From Chara braunii (Eukaryota > Plantae > Charophyceae): 64,000 bases of DNA. Position numbers and translations under genes: made by a program. Of the stretch, positions 25,026 to 36,900 are shown piece after piece. Under the pieces are notes generated by a model. It had not been told where the DNA came from. It worked only from the letters and a program-made list of their open reading frames with translations, and ran no database searches. Positions within the stretch are counted from its first letter, which is position 1, and each line of letters begins with the position of its first letter. The stretch is from NCBI GenBank assembly GCA_003427395.1, contig BFEA01000001.1, positions 1,482,716 to 1,546,715 of the forward strand, read 5' to 3'.

Positions 25026-26339
25026 ACCTTGTGTGTCTCCTCAGGAGCCCGGACCTAATTAATAAGTCTAAGTAGGACTGTCTGACAATCCTCAGAGCTA
25101 TAAGTCCGTATTTCACACTTAACGAACGATAAACTAACTAAAATCACTCATTCAACCCGGACCTATGATGAATTGCTCCCTCATGTCTCCATCCTACTAG
25201 ATTTGTTGGCACAACCCATGATGCTCTGCCATCCACCTCGGTGAAATAGAGCCTCAACCTAATGTGAGGGTTGTCAGAAAGGGCTTGCAGCACGGACCTA
25301 TTAATTTTTCTCCCTCCTTGAACTAGATCTCTACCGGGGGATATGTCGGGTAACCCCAGTCCGGATCCTAGCCCGGACCTAATGATTTAGCTGGATTAAA
25401 GCACTTATAATCGTATTGGGTAGGCGGGATGGGGGAACACCTCTAACTGTTGACTTTCGTATGAGAGAGGAAAAACTCGGTCAGAAATATGCAAGTGAGA
25501 AAACATTACGAGACATTAGTAAAGACAAGCACACAAAGGATTAGGAAAGAGGCGTCAAGGAGGACTAACTGGGAAATCGATCCCCTGTCAAGGGTCAACC
25601 TAGCCCTTGCGGTTCAGAGTCGGGCTGAAGCCGTACTAATATCCTCAGTCGGTTAGTGATAAACAAAGTCTAGACAGATCTAAATAGGAAAGAGTGTCGA
25701 AATTCGGGTTTAAATAAAGCCTACATGCCTTATTCAAAAAATATTCAAATACAAGGCATGTGCCAGGGTTGTTTTGGCGCCTACCAGTTGGGCCGACCCG
25801 TAGGCAGACCCGTAGGCGGTCGGTAGACTGCCCAAATTTTTTTATTTTTATTTTTGATGGCATGGTCGTGTGCGGCTTGAGGAGAGCCGCCCAAATCCGC
25901 AATAAAATTTTGTGGGGTTGTGGAGTTGGATGGGGGGGGNNNNNNNNNNNNNNNNNNNNNNNNNNNNNNNNNNNNNNNNNNNNNNNNNNNNNNNNNNNNN
26001 NNNNNNNNNNNNNNNNNNNNNNNNNNNNNNNNNNNNNNNNNNNNNNNNNNNNNNNNNNNNNNNNNNNNNNNNNNNNNNNNNNNNNNNNNGGGGGTGTTTG
26101 GGGGGTCTTCATGGGTTGTTCATGGGGTGCTTTGGGGGTTGTCTTGGGGAGGTTAAGGGTGGGTTCGAGGGTGTTTTGGGAGGCGGACAGAGGGTGTCTG
26201 GGGTGTTCAAGAACAAAAGTAAAGACGGGACACACTTCGAGAACAGAAGTTCATAAGCTGGAAATGGAGAAGCCAACATGTAAAACAGATCAAACGACAA
26301 GGCATGCCATTCCACCCCCACGACCAAGTAGCTAAAATA

Positions 26340-26424
<85 letters not shown>

Positions 26425-26443
26425 GGCATATTCGAAAGAGGTA

Positions 26444-29400
26444 TCACTTGCTGCTGCTGTCACTACCACTAGAGGAGGTGCAGGACTCGTCGGAAGATGA
26501 AGTCGAGGAGGCTGGAGTGGTAGATGAGTAAGAAGCGAGATCGTCATCCACGACCCTCCGCCTCTTTCTACCCCGTTTTGTTGGCGAATGGCTAGCAGCT
26601 TGTAATTTCTTCTTCAATTTTAGTGCTTTCGACACCTTCGCCGCTCTGACGATAGCTCTCTTCATTTCCAAAGGGTCGCGGTCGGGCTCAGTCCGAGCTC
26701 GTCGTGGTCTGCCAACTGGTCGGCGAACAGAATCCGAGGGGCCTTCTCCGGCGTCCTTATTCTTCGACTTGTCCTTCTTCTTTGATGCGTCCTTCTCTTT
26801 CTCTTGTTCCCTTTTCTTTGACTTGTCCTTCTTCTTTGACACATCCATCTTCTTCGACACTTCCTTGTTCTTCCATCCATTCTTCCGGCCAGCCATGCTC
26901 TTGACTGTGCGCACAACCTCTTGGTTAATTTCAGGCGGGGACATTCTCTTCCATGAAATCCTTGCACAATCTTGTGCCGCAGGCTGCTGTCCATCACTTG
27001 GGCTCATTCCCCTGTGTACTGCAGTTGATGAGGGTGTGGTCCCTTCATCAAACCGTGGGACAGGCGGGACAACACTGCTCAATCTTTCCCGAGGTGGATT
27101 GTTATCCTCGCTTTCCGTTTGGAGGGGGGAAGTCAATGGTGAAATCGTGTAATCTTCAGGGGATATGAAATTGATAAGTGAAGCGAACACATCTGCTGCA
27201 GGTGGGATGGTGGTGCTGTCCTGACGACACTCTCCACCAGCATCACTCATGTCGACATCAAGATCAGCACTGGCCTTCCCTGCAGGCAGATCCGCTGCGT
27301 CCCCAGGGCAACCTGCACCAGTATCACTCACGGTCACACCAACAGCAACACCACCGTCCACCATGGAACTCCCTCCAATTGCCAGACTACAAGAAACACC
27401 AACACTGTTGTTGTGCACGGTCGAACTCCCACCAACTTCAGTGCTCCCATGAACATGATCAGCAGCTGAACTCGTGCCACCAACACAAGTGCTGCGTTGC
27501 AATGCTGATCTCCCAGTAACAGCCACGGCTGCAGAAGCATGATGACCAATAGAAGTGGTCACACAAGAACCTGCGCCACCAACTGCACTTTCGTCAACCC
27601 GGGTGGTGGGAGTAGCGGTAACACCACCAACCAAACTGTCATCTCCCTGCTCCCTGCGTGACGCGGTCATCCTCGCCCTGCTACACTGAAGAGGCAAATC
27701 AGCTATCTCATCCTCCTCCTCATCGTCTGAATCCGCTGAAACATCCTCCACCACCCTGGCACGGTCCGGTCTGAGCGGAGGAGGTGTGTAAGTCTGAGCA
27801 GCCAACCATGCTCCGTCATCCTCAACCTCGTCTAGAATAGGCTGAATGTCAAGCATCGTTGCCTTGGATAAGCGACTGCCTGCTCTCGACCAATTTGCGG
27901 CCCGTCTCGCCACGTCCTCGGGGTCGTACTCCCCATCCTACATAAATACGTCATGTGGGGCCACATCCTCCGGAGTCTCCCAGTCGAGCCGCTCGGTGTT
28001 CACGTAACCTCTCTTCAACCGCGACATTCTTAGAAGCTTGGTGTTCTAATGCACGAAGACGAGCTTCTCCAGCGTGTCAGGAGACAGCTTATTTCGCCTC
28101 TTGGTGTGCACGAGGTCAAATGTCGACTCTCCCACGGGGACGTGGTCCACATGCTGAGGACCTTGATGGCAATGCCCTGCAACTTGACGTGTGTCTTACC
28201 ATAAGTCATCCACCATTGTGCCATCGAGATCCTCTTGTTGGACAGGTATTCCTCTGAGTTCTCACCCGTCCACTCCGGGCCCCGCTGGTGGAAGCTCAAC
28301 AGTGAATCCCAGCATTCTCTGTACACTTGCGTCCCAACTGGATAAATCGTCGCAATGTGGGCTAAAGTGTTGTGTATAACCGGGGCCTCCAGGTTGTCAA
28401 ATAGATCACCAGAACGGTTCGCAGGGTGCAGCATGTGTGCTGCTGCATGCATAGGAAGTGCCATCATCTCCATGCGCTGCTTCACCTTCTGCATCACCAC
28501 CTTCCTGGTGTCATCGTCCATAGGAGCACTCTTCATTCTGTTTTCCAAAGTGACAGCAAGACTCCATATGTGAGGACCCATTCGGCCATCGCTGTCCATG
28601 GTCCGCATGAACTTGTAAACTGGCTCCAGTAGTTTAACAGCCTCATCCACTGTCTTCCACCACTCCACACTGCGCACGAGCTCCCTACATGCACGTGCCC
28701 GTTCCACCTTGCTTTTCTCCCACGGGGCCGCATCCCACTCGCTGCTGCAAATTGTGTCCATCAACACAGTCTCCATAAGCTGCAGTCTCTTCAGCATAAG
28801 GTAACGAGTTCCAAAACGGGTCTCCCCCGGTGTGATGAGCTCCAATGCCTTCCCACTGCTCTTGTCTCCTNNNNNNNNNNNNNNNNNNNNNNNNNNNNNN
28901 NNNNNNNNNNNNNNNNNNNNNNNNNNNNNNNNNNNNNNNNNNNNNNNNNNNNNNNNNNNNNNNNNNNNNNNNNNNNNNNNNNNNNNNNNNNNNNNNNNNN
29001 NNNNNNNNNNNNNNNNNNNNNNNNNNNNNNNNNNNNNNNNNNNNNNNNNNNNNNNNNNNNNNNNNNNNNNNNNNNNNNNNNNNNNNNNNNNNNNNNNNNN
29101 NNNNNNNNNNNNNNNNNNNNNNNNNNNNNNNNNNNNNNNNNNNNNNNNNNNNNNNNNNNNNNNNNNNNNNNNNNNNNNNNNNNNNNNNNNNNNNNNNNNN
29201 NNNNNNNNNNNNNNNNNNNNNNNNNNNNNNNNNNNNNNNNNNNNNNNNNNNNNNNNNNNNNNNNNNNNNNNNNNNNNNNNNNNNNNNNNNNNNNNNNNNN
29301 NNNNNNNNNNNNNNNNNNNNNNNNNNNNNNNNNNNNNNNNNNNNNNNNNNNNNNNNNNNNNNNNNNNNNNNNNNNNNNNNNNNNNNNNNNNNNNNNNNNN

Positions 29401-30531
29401 NNNNNNNNNNNNNNNNNNNNNNNNNAGGTTGCAAATGTGGCATGCGCAAGGCACCCACGGGATCTGTCGTATTTCAGGGTCTGGATGCTTTGCAAGGATG
29501 TTCCTAGCAGAGATGTTGACATGTGCAGAGTCGGTGCATATTGCGTTGATGTTCTTCACACCCAACTCCCTGATCACCCCCTCCCACATCTTAGCCAAGG
29601 CTGGTGCTGACTTGTCCTTCCCTTCCATATCCATGCTCTTCACCATCACTGCACCCTTGTCTCCTCCGGCGAGGAAGTTGATCACCGGCCTGTTGCTGGT
29701 TGTGGTTGTGCCATCCGTCATGAGAGTGTATCCAGTTTTAGGCCATGTGGACCTGATCTCATCCATGTCGGTGTCAGTCTTCTTGTAGCTTCCCTGCAGC
29801 TCGTCAATCCTCAATGTGTCGTAAGATGGCAGCGTCAGCACTTTCTTTGCCCTGGCTGTGTCACCCATGACCTTCTCAACTTTTTTGTAGGCATCAGAGC
29901 GCGCTGCATTGAACGCAATTGCATTTTCATAGAAGAATTGTGCAACCGCGTGATTCATCTCCCTCTGCAGCTCATCGACCAAGTAGCTGGTCATCGATGT
30001 CTGTTGCCTGGAAGCATTGCTGCTTGGAGGTCGCGGTGGGAGATCCGCTGCTGCACCATCGCCTACAGGTGTTGGCTCAAGCCTGCTGCCCTCCGCTGAC
30101 GGCACATCCCCAAAAGGATCCTCCTTACAACCATCCTCGCCGAACTCATCCTCCTGGCCCATTCCTGTCGGTGTTGAGGACGGGTACCCAAGCTCCCGCA
30201 TGTGGGCATCCAGTCTGCTCAACACTTTCTGCGGGATCTTGCCCTTTCCTTGTGCCTTGTAAACGGCGTACAAAATCTCCCCGTTGACATGCTTGCACCG
30301 GGCGCCATCTGATGGTTGGATGAAATGATTGACGGCCCGATTCACGGCCCCATCAAGCTCCTTGGAGCACAACCTGCACTGCATCCTCCATGACCCATTT
30401 GCCCTGCCAACGTTCTTCTGCCCCCGGTCGACCCATTGCCATATGCCGTGCTTGAGCAACAACTCTTCCCTCTCGTCTCCTTCCACAGCCCTGAACGGCT
30501 CCCTCGCCCTGCCGCCCTGACCCGCTGACAT
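26444..30531 (-). pseudogene. hAT transposase (BED finger, DUF659-like catalytic region, dimerisation domain) with long low-complexity C-terminal tail
   Basis: Motifs W...CRLC...H (BED), TLMTDG, CTDSA, WVPCACH, TRF, WWMTYG, HTKRRNKL. Frameshift near 28135 and in-frame stops. An N-gap covers 28871-29426. Confidence 0.9.
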
Positions 30532-31370
30532 CGTGCCTTTAAAATAGAGGAGGGAGATGAAGAGGAGGAGGAGGAAGAAGAAGAGGAAGAAGAAGACGAA
30601 GAGATGGAGGGGGGGGGAGGGGGGGGGAATTCGTTGCAGGCCCCGCAGGCTGCTTTCCAACTTTGGAAAACAAAAAAAAATTGTAACAGGCCCCTGTCGC
30701 TGCTTTCTTGTTAAAAAAAGAAAACAATAAAAAAAACTTGACTTCACACACCAACAATGTTCGACTTTCCAACTACATTGTCAAACTACAGCTAACGCTG
30801 GACATGGAGAAGAAGAAGAGGAGGAGAGGAGGAGGAAGAAGAAGAAGAGGAGGGGCGGAGGAGGAAGAGGGAGGAGAAGAGGAAGTAGAAGAGAGACTTA
30901 GAGAGGAGAGATGGAGAAGGTGGAGAAGGTGGAGAAGGTGGGGAAGGTAGAGAAGAGGAGGAGAGGAGAAGGAAGAAGAAGAAAACGAGGAGGAGGAAGA
31001 ATAGGAATATTAGAGGTACGAAACCCTAACGAAATTTCAGAACCGTGCTTTCGGAGGGGACGGGAAGAAAACGAGGAGGAAGAATACAAAGGTTAGCGGT
31101 ACCAAACCCTAACGAAATTTCAAGAACCGAGCTTTCAGTGGGAACGGGAAGAAGACGACGAGAAAAAAAAAAGAAAAAACGATTTTCCAAGCGGGAGAGG
31201 AGGAAGAAGAAGAAGAGAAGGAGAGGAGGAAAAAGAAGAAGAGGATTGGAGGAAGAAGAACAAGAGGAGGAGCGAAGGGCAAAAAAGAAGAGGACTGGAG
31301 GAAGAAGAAGAAGAGGAGAGAAAGAGGAAGAAGAAGAAGAGGAGAAGAGGAGAAGAGGAGAAGTGGAAGA

Positions 31371-31434
<64 letters not shown>

Positions 31435-31735
31435 AGGAGGAGGAGAAGAAGAAATGGAGAGGAGAAGGACGAAGAAAAAGAGGAAGAACACACGGTGAAG
31501 GAGAAGAAGAGGAGGGGGAAAAAAAATCGGGCCAGGTCTTCCCAATGACATTGTACTTCCTGTGTCAAGGCAGGGGCGTCAACACGAAGTAGAGATATGG
31601 AGGGGCGGCTTCATCAGGTGCGGCGGTGCAGGCGCAGCTTCAACCCAAGGTGCAGCTGGAGACATTCGCTCCACTCTGCGGAACTCCATCGGAAGGCCCT
31701 GCCGATGGTCGGGAAGGCCGACGGCGCGCTACCGT

Positions 31736-31903
31736 GCACCCCGCAGAAAAAAGAAAAAAAAATTGGCGGGGCCTGCTGGGCCGGTAGTGCGCCGTCGGCC
31801 TTCCCGACCGACTTCTACGGTAGAAGTCCGTCGGGAAGGCCGGGGGCTCACTACCGGCCCAGCAGGCCCCGCCAAATTTTTTTCTTTTTCTTCTGCGGGG
31901 TGC
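31736..31903. repeat. 168-bp near-perfect inverted repeat in the hAT 5' subterminal region
   Basis: GCACCCCGCAGAAAA...GGCCTTCCCGAC-GACTTCTAC pairs with GTAGAAGTC-GTCGGGAAGGCC...CTGCGGGGTGC. Confidence 0.9.
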
Positions 31904-33975
31904 CTACCAGTCGCCGACCGGTCGGCGCCGACAGCGCCTACCGTCGGCTCGTCGGCCGCCGACGGGTCCAGGGCCACCGACCGTCGGCGTGACTACCCTG
32001 GCATATGCTCTGTTTGAGGGAAATTATTCCCTCCAATCTGGGCGTTATCAAAAAAGATGATTTGTCAGCCGATCGTAAATACAAAACGAACTTTAGTTGA
32101 TTTTATTTTTAATTTTAATCTTAATTTTTCAAGGATTTATGAAAAAAAAATATTTAAATTTCTAAATTATTTGATACGTTTTATTCTTTTCTAAGAGTTT
32201 GGCATGTCAGATTTGCCCGGCGAAGGTCTCAAAATTTCGGACAAAGTCTTCCGAACAGATCCAACCCCGGTGCGCTTCCCCTAAAATAGGTTAGATTTCG
32301 AGTTAAATTAAAAAAACAAAACCCTTAATTAATGAATCAAACTTTGAAAAATAGCGAAAATTCACTCGAGCTAGGATTTTTACCCTTGACCGTCTCAAAA
32401 TTTTACTAACACAGAATCGAACAACTTTACTCTGGACGATCAGTCCCCAAAAGCGGCCGGATCACAAGATATGGTCAACAAAAGACAGAACCCAATCAAA
32501 ATTTAGGGTTTTGATACCTAGGGTTTTGTAGCGCACGCGCATACAATTTAATTAGCAGATGCCCGTAATACTTCAAATTTTGGATTTAGGAATTAAGTCA
32601 AATGGTTACTCGTAAGACATTTGTTTTCAACGGAATAAAAATTTTAATTAACGTTGTTTAACAATTTTTATCAAATTTTAAAGATAATTAGCCAAAATAA
32701 AATAAATTTGATAACTTTATATGTACATTTCAATTATATTCGACGCTGGTTCTGCATGGAAGGAGTCTCAATTTTTTGACAAATTTCTTCCGAACAAACT
32801 TCCGTTCGACAAGCGTCACCCAGAACCGGTCCGATTTTGAGCAAAAAAAAAAAAAAAAATTCTTAATTAAATATTAAAATTTTAATTACATTCTAAAACT
32901 GGATTTTACCCCGACGGTTTTGTCCGCAGTAGATCTCAAAAATTTCAGATCGAAGAACCGTCCAACTTTGGTTTCGATATCTATCAGCCAAAATTGCTCA
33001 ATTCTGGAGTTACAAATAAAATAAACTTAAAAATTGTACTCAGCCAATTATAGCCCACTAGGGTTTCAAATCGTTAGGGTTTATGTTTTGCCTGCGACCG
33101 CACGCACACCGTCAACCCTTTTCGCACGGGGAAACTTGACACACTTATACTTGGGTATATAAACAAACTTTTTCATGGATCATAATTTTTTATTAATACC
33201 GTTTTAGTAAAATAAAAAACTATTAAAAAAAACACAAAATAAAAAAATCCTCGGCTACCAGCCGAGCTGCCCGGATCCCGGGTGGCCAGCCCGTGCAAGG
33301 AGGTCCCAACAAAAAAAAAAAAAAAAAAAATCCGAAAAAAAACTATGTTATGCAGAACAATAAACTGAACAACTTTTGCCTCAAGGTCACATCGAAATGG
33401 TTCACTAAAATTAAAATAAAAAATAAAAATTAAAAATAATTTTTTTATTTTTATTTTTTTGGCCCGGCTGGGCAAGTGACCCCGGGCCACTCTGGTAGCC
33501 TAGAAAAAATCAATAATTTAATTCAATTTAACGGGGACTGTCAGGGCGCGCACCGATCGCATCCGATGTCGGTTTTCCCCAAAAATTATCTTAAAGTTTC
33601 GAGAAAATTCCCTTGATCAACTTTGCTTCCGTAGGCGCTCACAATTTTTCCGCTCCAATTTAGAGTAAAATAAATAAAAGGTAGAGTAGATTTTCTTAAC
33701 TAAAAAAACGAACATAAAAATTTGTATCTCGAGCTTCGTGGCACGGTTTTGACCACCGAGGGTATCCAAATTTGTGGAGCGGCGATGCGATCATCTGTCA
33801 TCCGGGTGTGTGCCTTCCAAAGATGACCGGATCGTGAGTTATAAAAAAAAATGATAATAATTATTCAATCAAATAATCAAATAGCAAATTAATCTGTCCG
33901 AATTTTAGGTGCTCTCTTTACTCTCACACCCCCGTTTGATAGGGGAGGCTGAGGCCTTGGGGGTGCTGTCCCCTC

Positions 33976-33993
33976 CCCGACAACGGCGTCAAG
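33976..33993 (-). promoter_or_regulatory. Primer-binding site, tRNA-Asp type (Athila/Tat-like)
   Basis: The - strand reads TGACGCCGTTGTCGGGGA a few nt after the LTR end; the canonical sequence is TGGCGCCGTTGCCGGGGA. Confidence 0.8.
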
Positions 33994-33995
33994 GT

Positions 33996-36900
33996 TGTCA
34001 GGAAACCTGGGGAGGGGTAGGCTGTTGTTCGTTGAGGCCAGTGGCAACAGTGCCTGTCACTCACTGCGCCCACATCACAGGTCCTCAGAGACCAGCAAGC
34101 CAATAAAGTCCATGCTGCCTGTCTAGTGTCCCTCTACTCCATGTCGATTGATCATGAAGGTAGCCACTCAAAATTTAGACCAATTATATAAAGTGACAAC
34201 GCGTTGGGTGCAGATCAGAGATCACCCAAGGCCCCAAACACCGGCCGCTTGGGGGTCTCAAGTTCCCAGATGCCCACTTGTCCAGACTGAAGGTCAACCG
34301 GCACTGGTTAGCGTTTCAGCAAATCAACCAGAGCTAGGGAACGCACGCTCATTAAGGAGAATAACCCAGGACAATTAAAAGTCCAATGGCCCGCCTCACG
34401 TAATGATCATGTCACAATTCACGGACGGATTCCACTGCTTTCTCATTGCGAATGGTCGTTTTAGGGTTAATATCACCATTTTCATAAACTTGATCTGCCG
34501 GAATCCTGATCGGTCAATTCTTCGTTAGTTTAAGCAGACATGGAACACAACAATTTCGAGAGACCTGTGCTATTTCAAGAATGCTTGACCTTCTCTTAGG
34601 GGTGATACACTAAATTATGACCTGCAGCTTGGCTGTCGGCGTGGCATCCGAAATCGCCAAGTCGAATTCAAAATAAATTACCCAACAATTCTCGAACAAG
34701 AGTACAATTTTAGTGGTAGTGCGCAATTGTGAGCCAGACCAGCCTCCACTTATAACCGAGTTTCCAAAGGGGAAAAAAAATCTTTTGTCTTTTCACCTGT
34801 CAGTCGGCCATCTACAGCGCAAGCTACGAGAGAGAATTTTCACCCTCATTTATAAGAAAACCAAAGGGTCCTTTTAACCATACTTTACACCAATCTGTAG
34901 AGTGCGCTTCTTACTAACATATTGTAAAAGAAAAACCGAAAAAAAAAAAAAAAACATGATCCCCACTACACTTTTCAGGGTGGTGAAGGTTACCCTAGGG
35001 GTGAAAAGTGAGGGTACTTGTTAACCATTCGTGAAGGGTTAGCAGATCCTAGCGTGAGAGACTACTGAACATCATTCTCGTTTCAGCTGATTATCAATTT
35101 ATCCGCCGGGTTACATGGAGTCCGTCACTTACAAATTTCGTCGGCGATGAAGAAGCCGCCCTTGTTTGGCCAACGAGCCCAATGTGAGAGTCTGCCTTTG
35201 CAGGTCACTTTTCATGCTCTCGTCATTCTCAACCACAACCCAATGGGAGTCGGGACTGTGCTCGATCACCGTGCTGTGGATCGCGGTGTAGTTCCGTATG
35301 CTGCTCAACAATGCCGAAACGTCTTCTAAATATCAATCCCAACAGCCAATGCGTACGTTCTGGTGTCACCTCGAGTCGTATGCGTCGTATCTTTGATTGA
35401 TTGCCCGTGGAGGTAATCACAACCGGCTATCTGCGACCGTATCGTAAAACGAAGTGAAGCTCTCCTCGTTTCTCTCGACCCCGGCAATCAAAAACCTGCA
35501 GACCCGCAGTTTCGAGGCCTTTCCTCCTGCTTTGCTACGTACGAGCGTATGCCCCTCCCCCACGTGGCCGCCTCTGAGATCTCACTGCTCCTGTCCAGCG
35601 CGAGTCAGGATTCAGGAAGTGATTGGCCTCAACCGCTAGCTTAAGCCCTCCCTTTCTCTCTCTCACCTTTTCTCTCCTTCACGCTCTCACGACCCCTCTC
35701 TTATATGTTACCCACTCTCTTTTCTGCTGCTCGTATCTTCGAGTTCTCAGCCTCGGTGTTACTGCTTCATCACTTCATTCCAGGCTAGGTGCATTGCCGC
35801 ATAGAACAAAAATTAAGAATGCGAATCCAGGGGCACGCTCACAATCACACACTATCACTCTCCGCGCACACTGACCACCTTTCTACCTCTCCTTCTCGCT
35901 CATGCATACCCCGGCCTACCCCCCTTTCTCCTTTCCGTTACTCTCCAGGATTTCTCGCCACTCGTTTTTCAACCCACCCGACAAGTAAACTTTGTTGATT
36001 GGGAGTTGGATACTTCTGGGTGCCCTTGCATATTCCCTCTGATAGTTACCTCTAATCGTGAATGGACATTGCTCACAGAAGGGGGCGGCTTTCACCACAC
36101 GCAGAGACACCAGCCTTGCTTAATGTGACCACAACGGGTTCGCTCACTCGGGAGAACACGCAGCACTGATCTGCTGTTTCCCCTCCCTTCTCGATTATTG
36201 CCTACGCCTGTCTCGTTAAAGATGCTTAATATTATTGATATTTTCGTGGAAAAGGCAGCGATCACAGTTACACGTGAAGATATGCTTTGAAGGCCCTCTT
36301 CGTACCTCCGTTCCAGATAGTTGGGACAATAGTGACCACGCGTCCAGTCGTGCGCTGGAGCAAAGCATGAAGGTTCGCCAATTTTGTGTATCTCACCTGC
36401 CACTCAGAAGCACTGTAAACATCTGGTTTGCGCCCTGCCACTATCCTCGTGCTGCTATTTGAACAACGCAACTGTGCAGAGTACAAAGTGCATGTCCGAT
36501 GACCGAGTTGGCGACGCATGTGGGTAGCTTGGAACACTGTGCACACCATTCTCCCTCAGGCGCGCGAATCACGCTTCCCTCCTTTTCGATCAATCATGCG
36601 AAAGGGTACAATCCTGATCCAGTCAGATGTGTAGTGGGCTGCGTACCCCAAGCCCTCTCGCTCATCCATCCACCGGGACATTTCAGCCCCGACCGAAGTG
36701 TCGTGGGCCAAGTACGCCAGGCACATTGTCCCCTCCCTCGCATTCGCCAGGTGGGATAAGCGCTCGCGTACTGCGCACACCATGCACACCGATTCCCCTG
36801 CTGACTGCCCTGAACGACATGTTTCCCGCAATCTCCAGTTCCCTGAGTACGCCTGGCACACGCGAGAAAGTGCTTGTCACCGAATGCCCCCTCGCCTCGC

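Larger units (their letters stand above)
25764..32000 (-). mobile_element. hAT DNA transposon (6.2 kb) inserted in the leader of the giant-LTR element
   Basis: TIR CAGGGTTGT... / ...ACTACCCTG. 8-bp TSD GCATGTGC (25756-25763) / GCATATGC (32001-32008). CCGAC/CCTAC-rich subterminal repeats. Confidence 0.9.

Noticed and set aside
30539-31568. Long E/R/K- or S/L/F-rich ORFs, including the 72-aa N-terminal extension of the 905-aa ORF
   Set aside because: These are translations of GA/GAA microsatellites. The plausible transposase start is the ATG at 30531.
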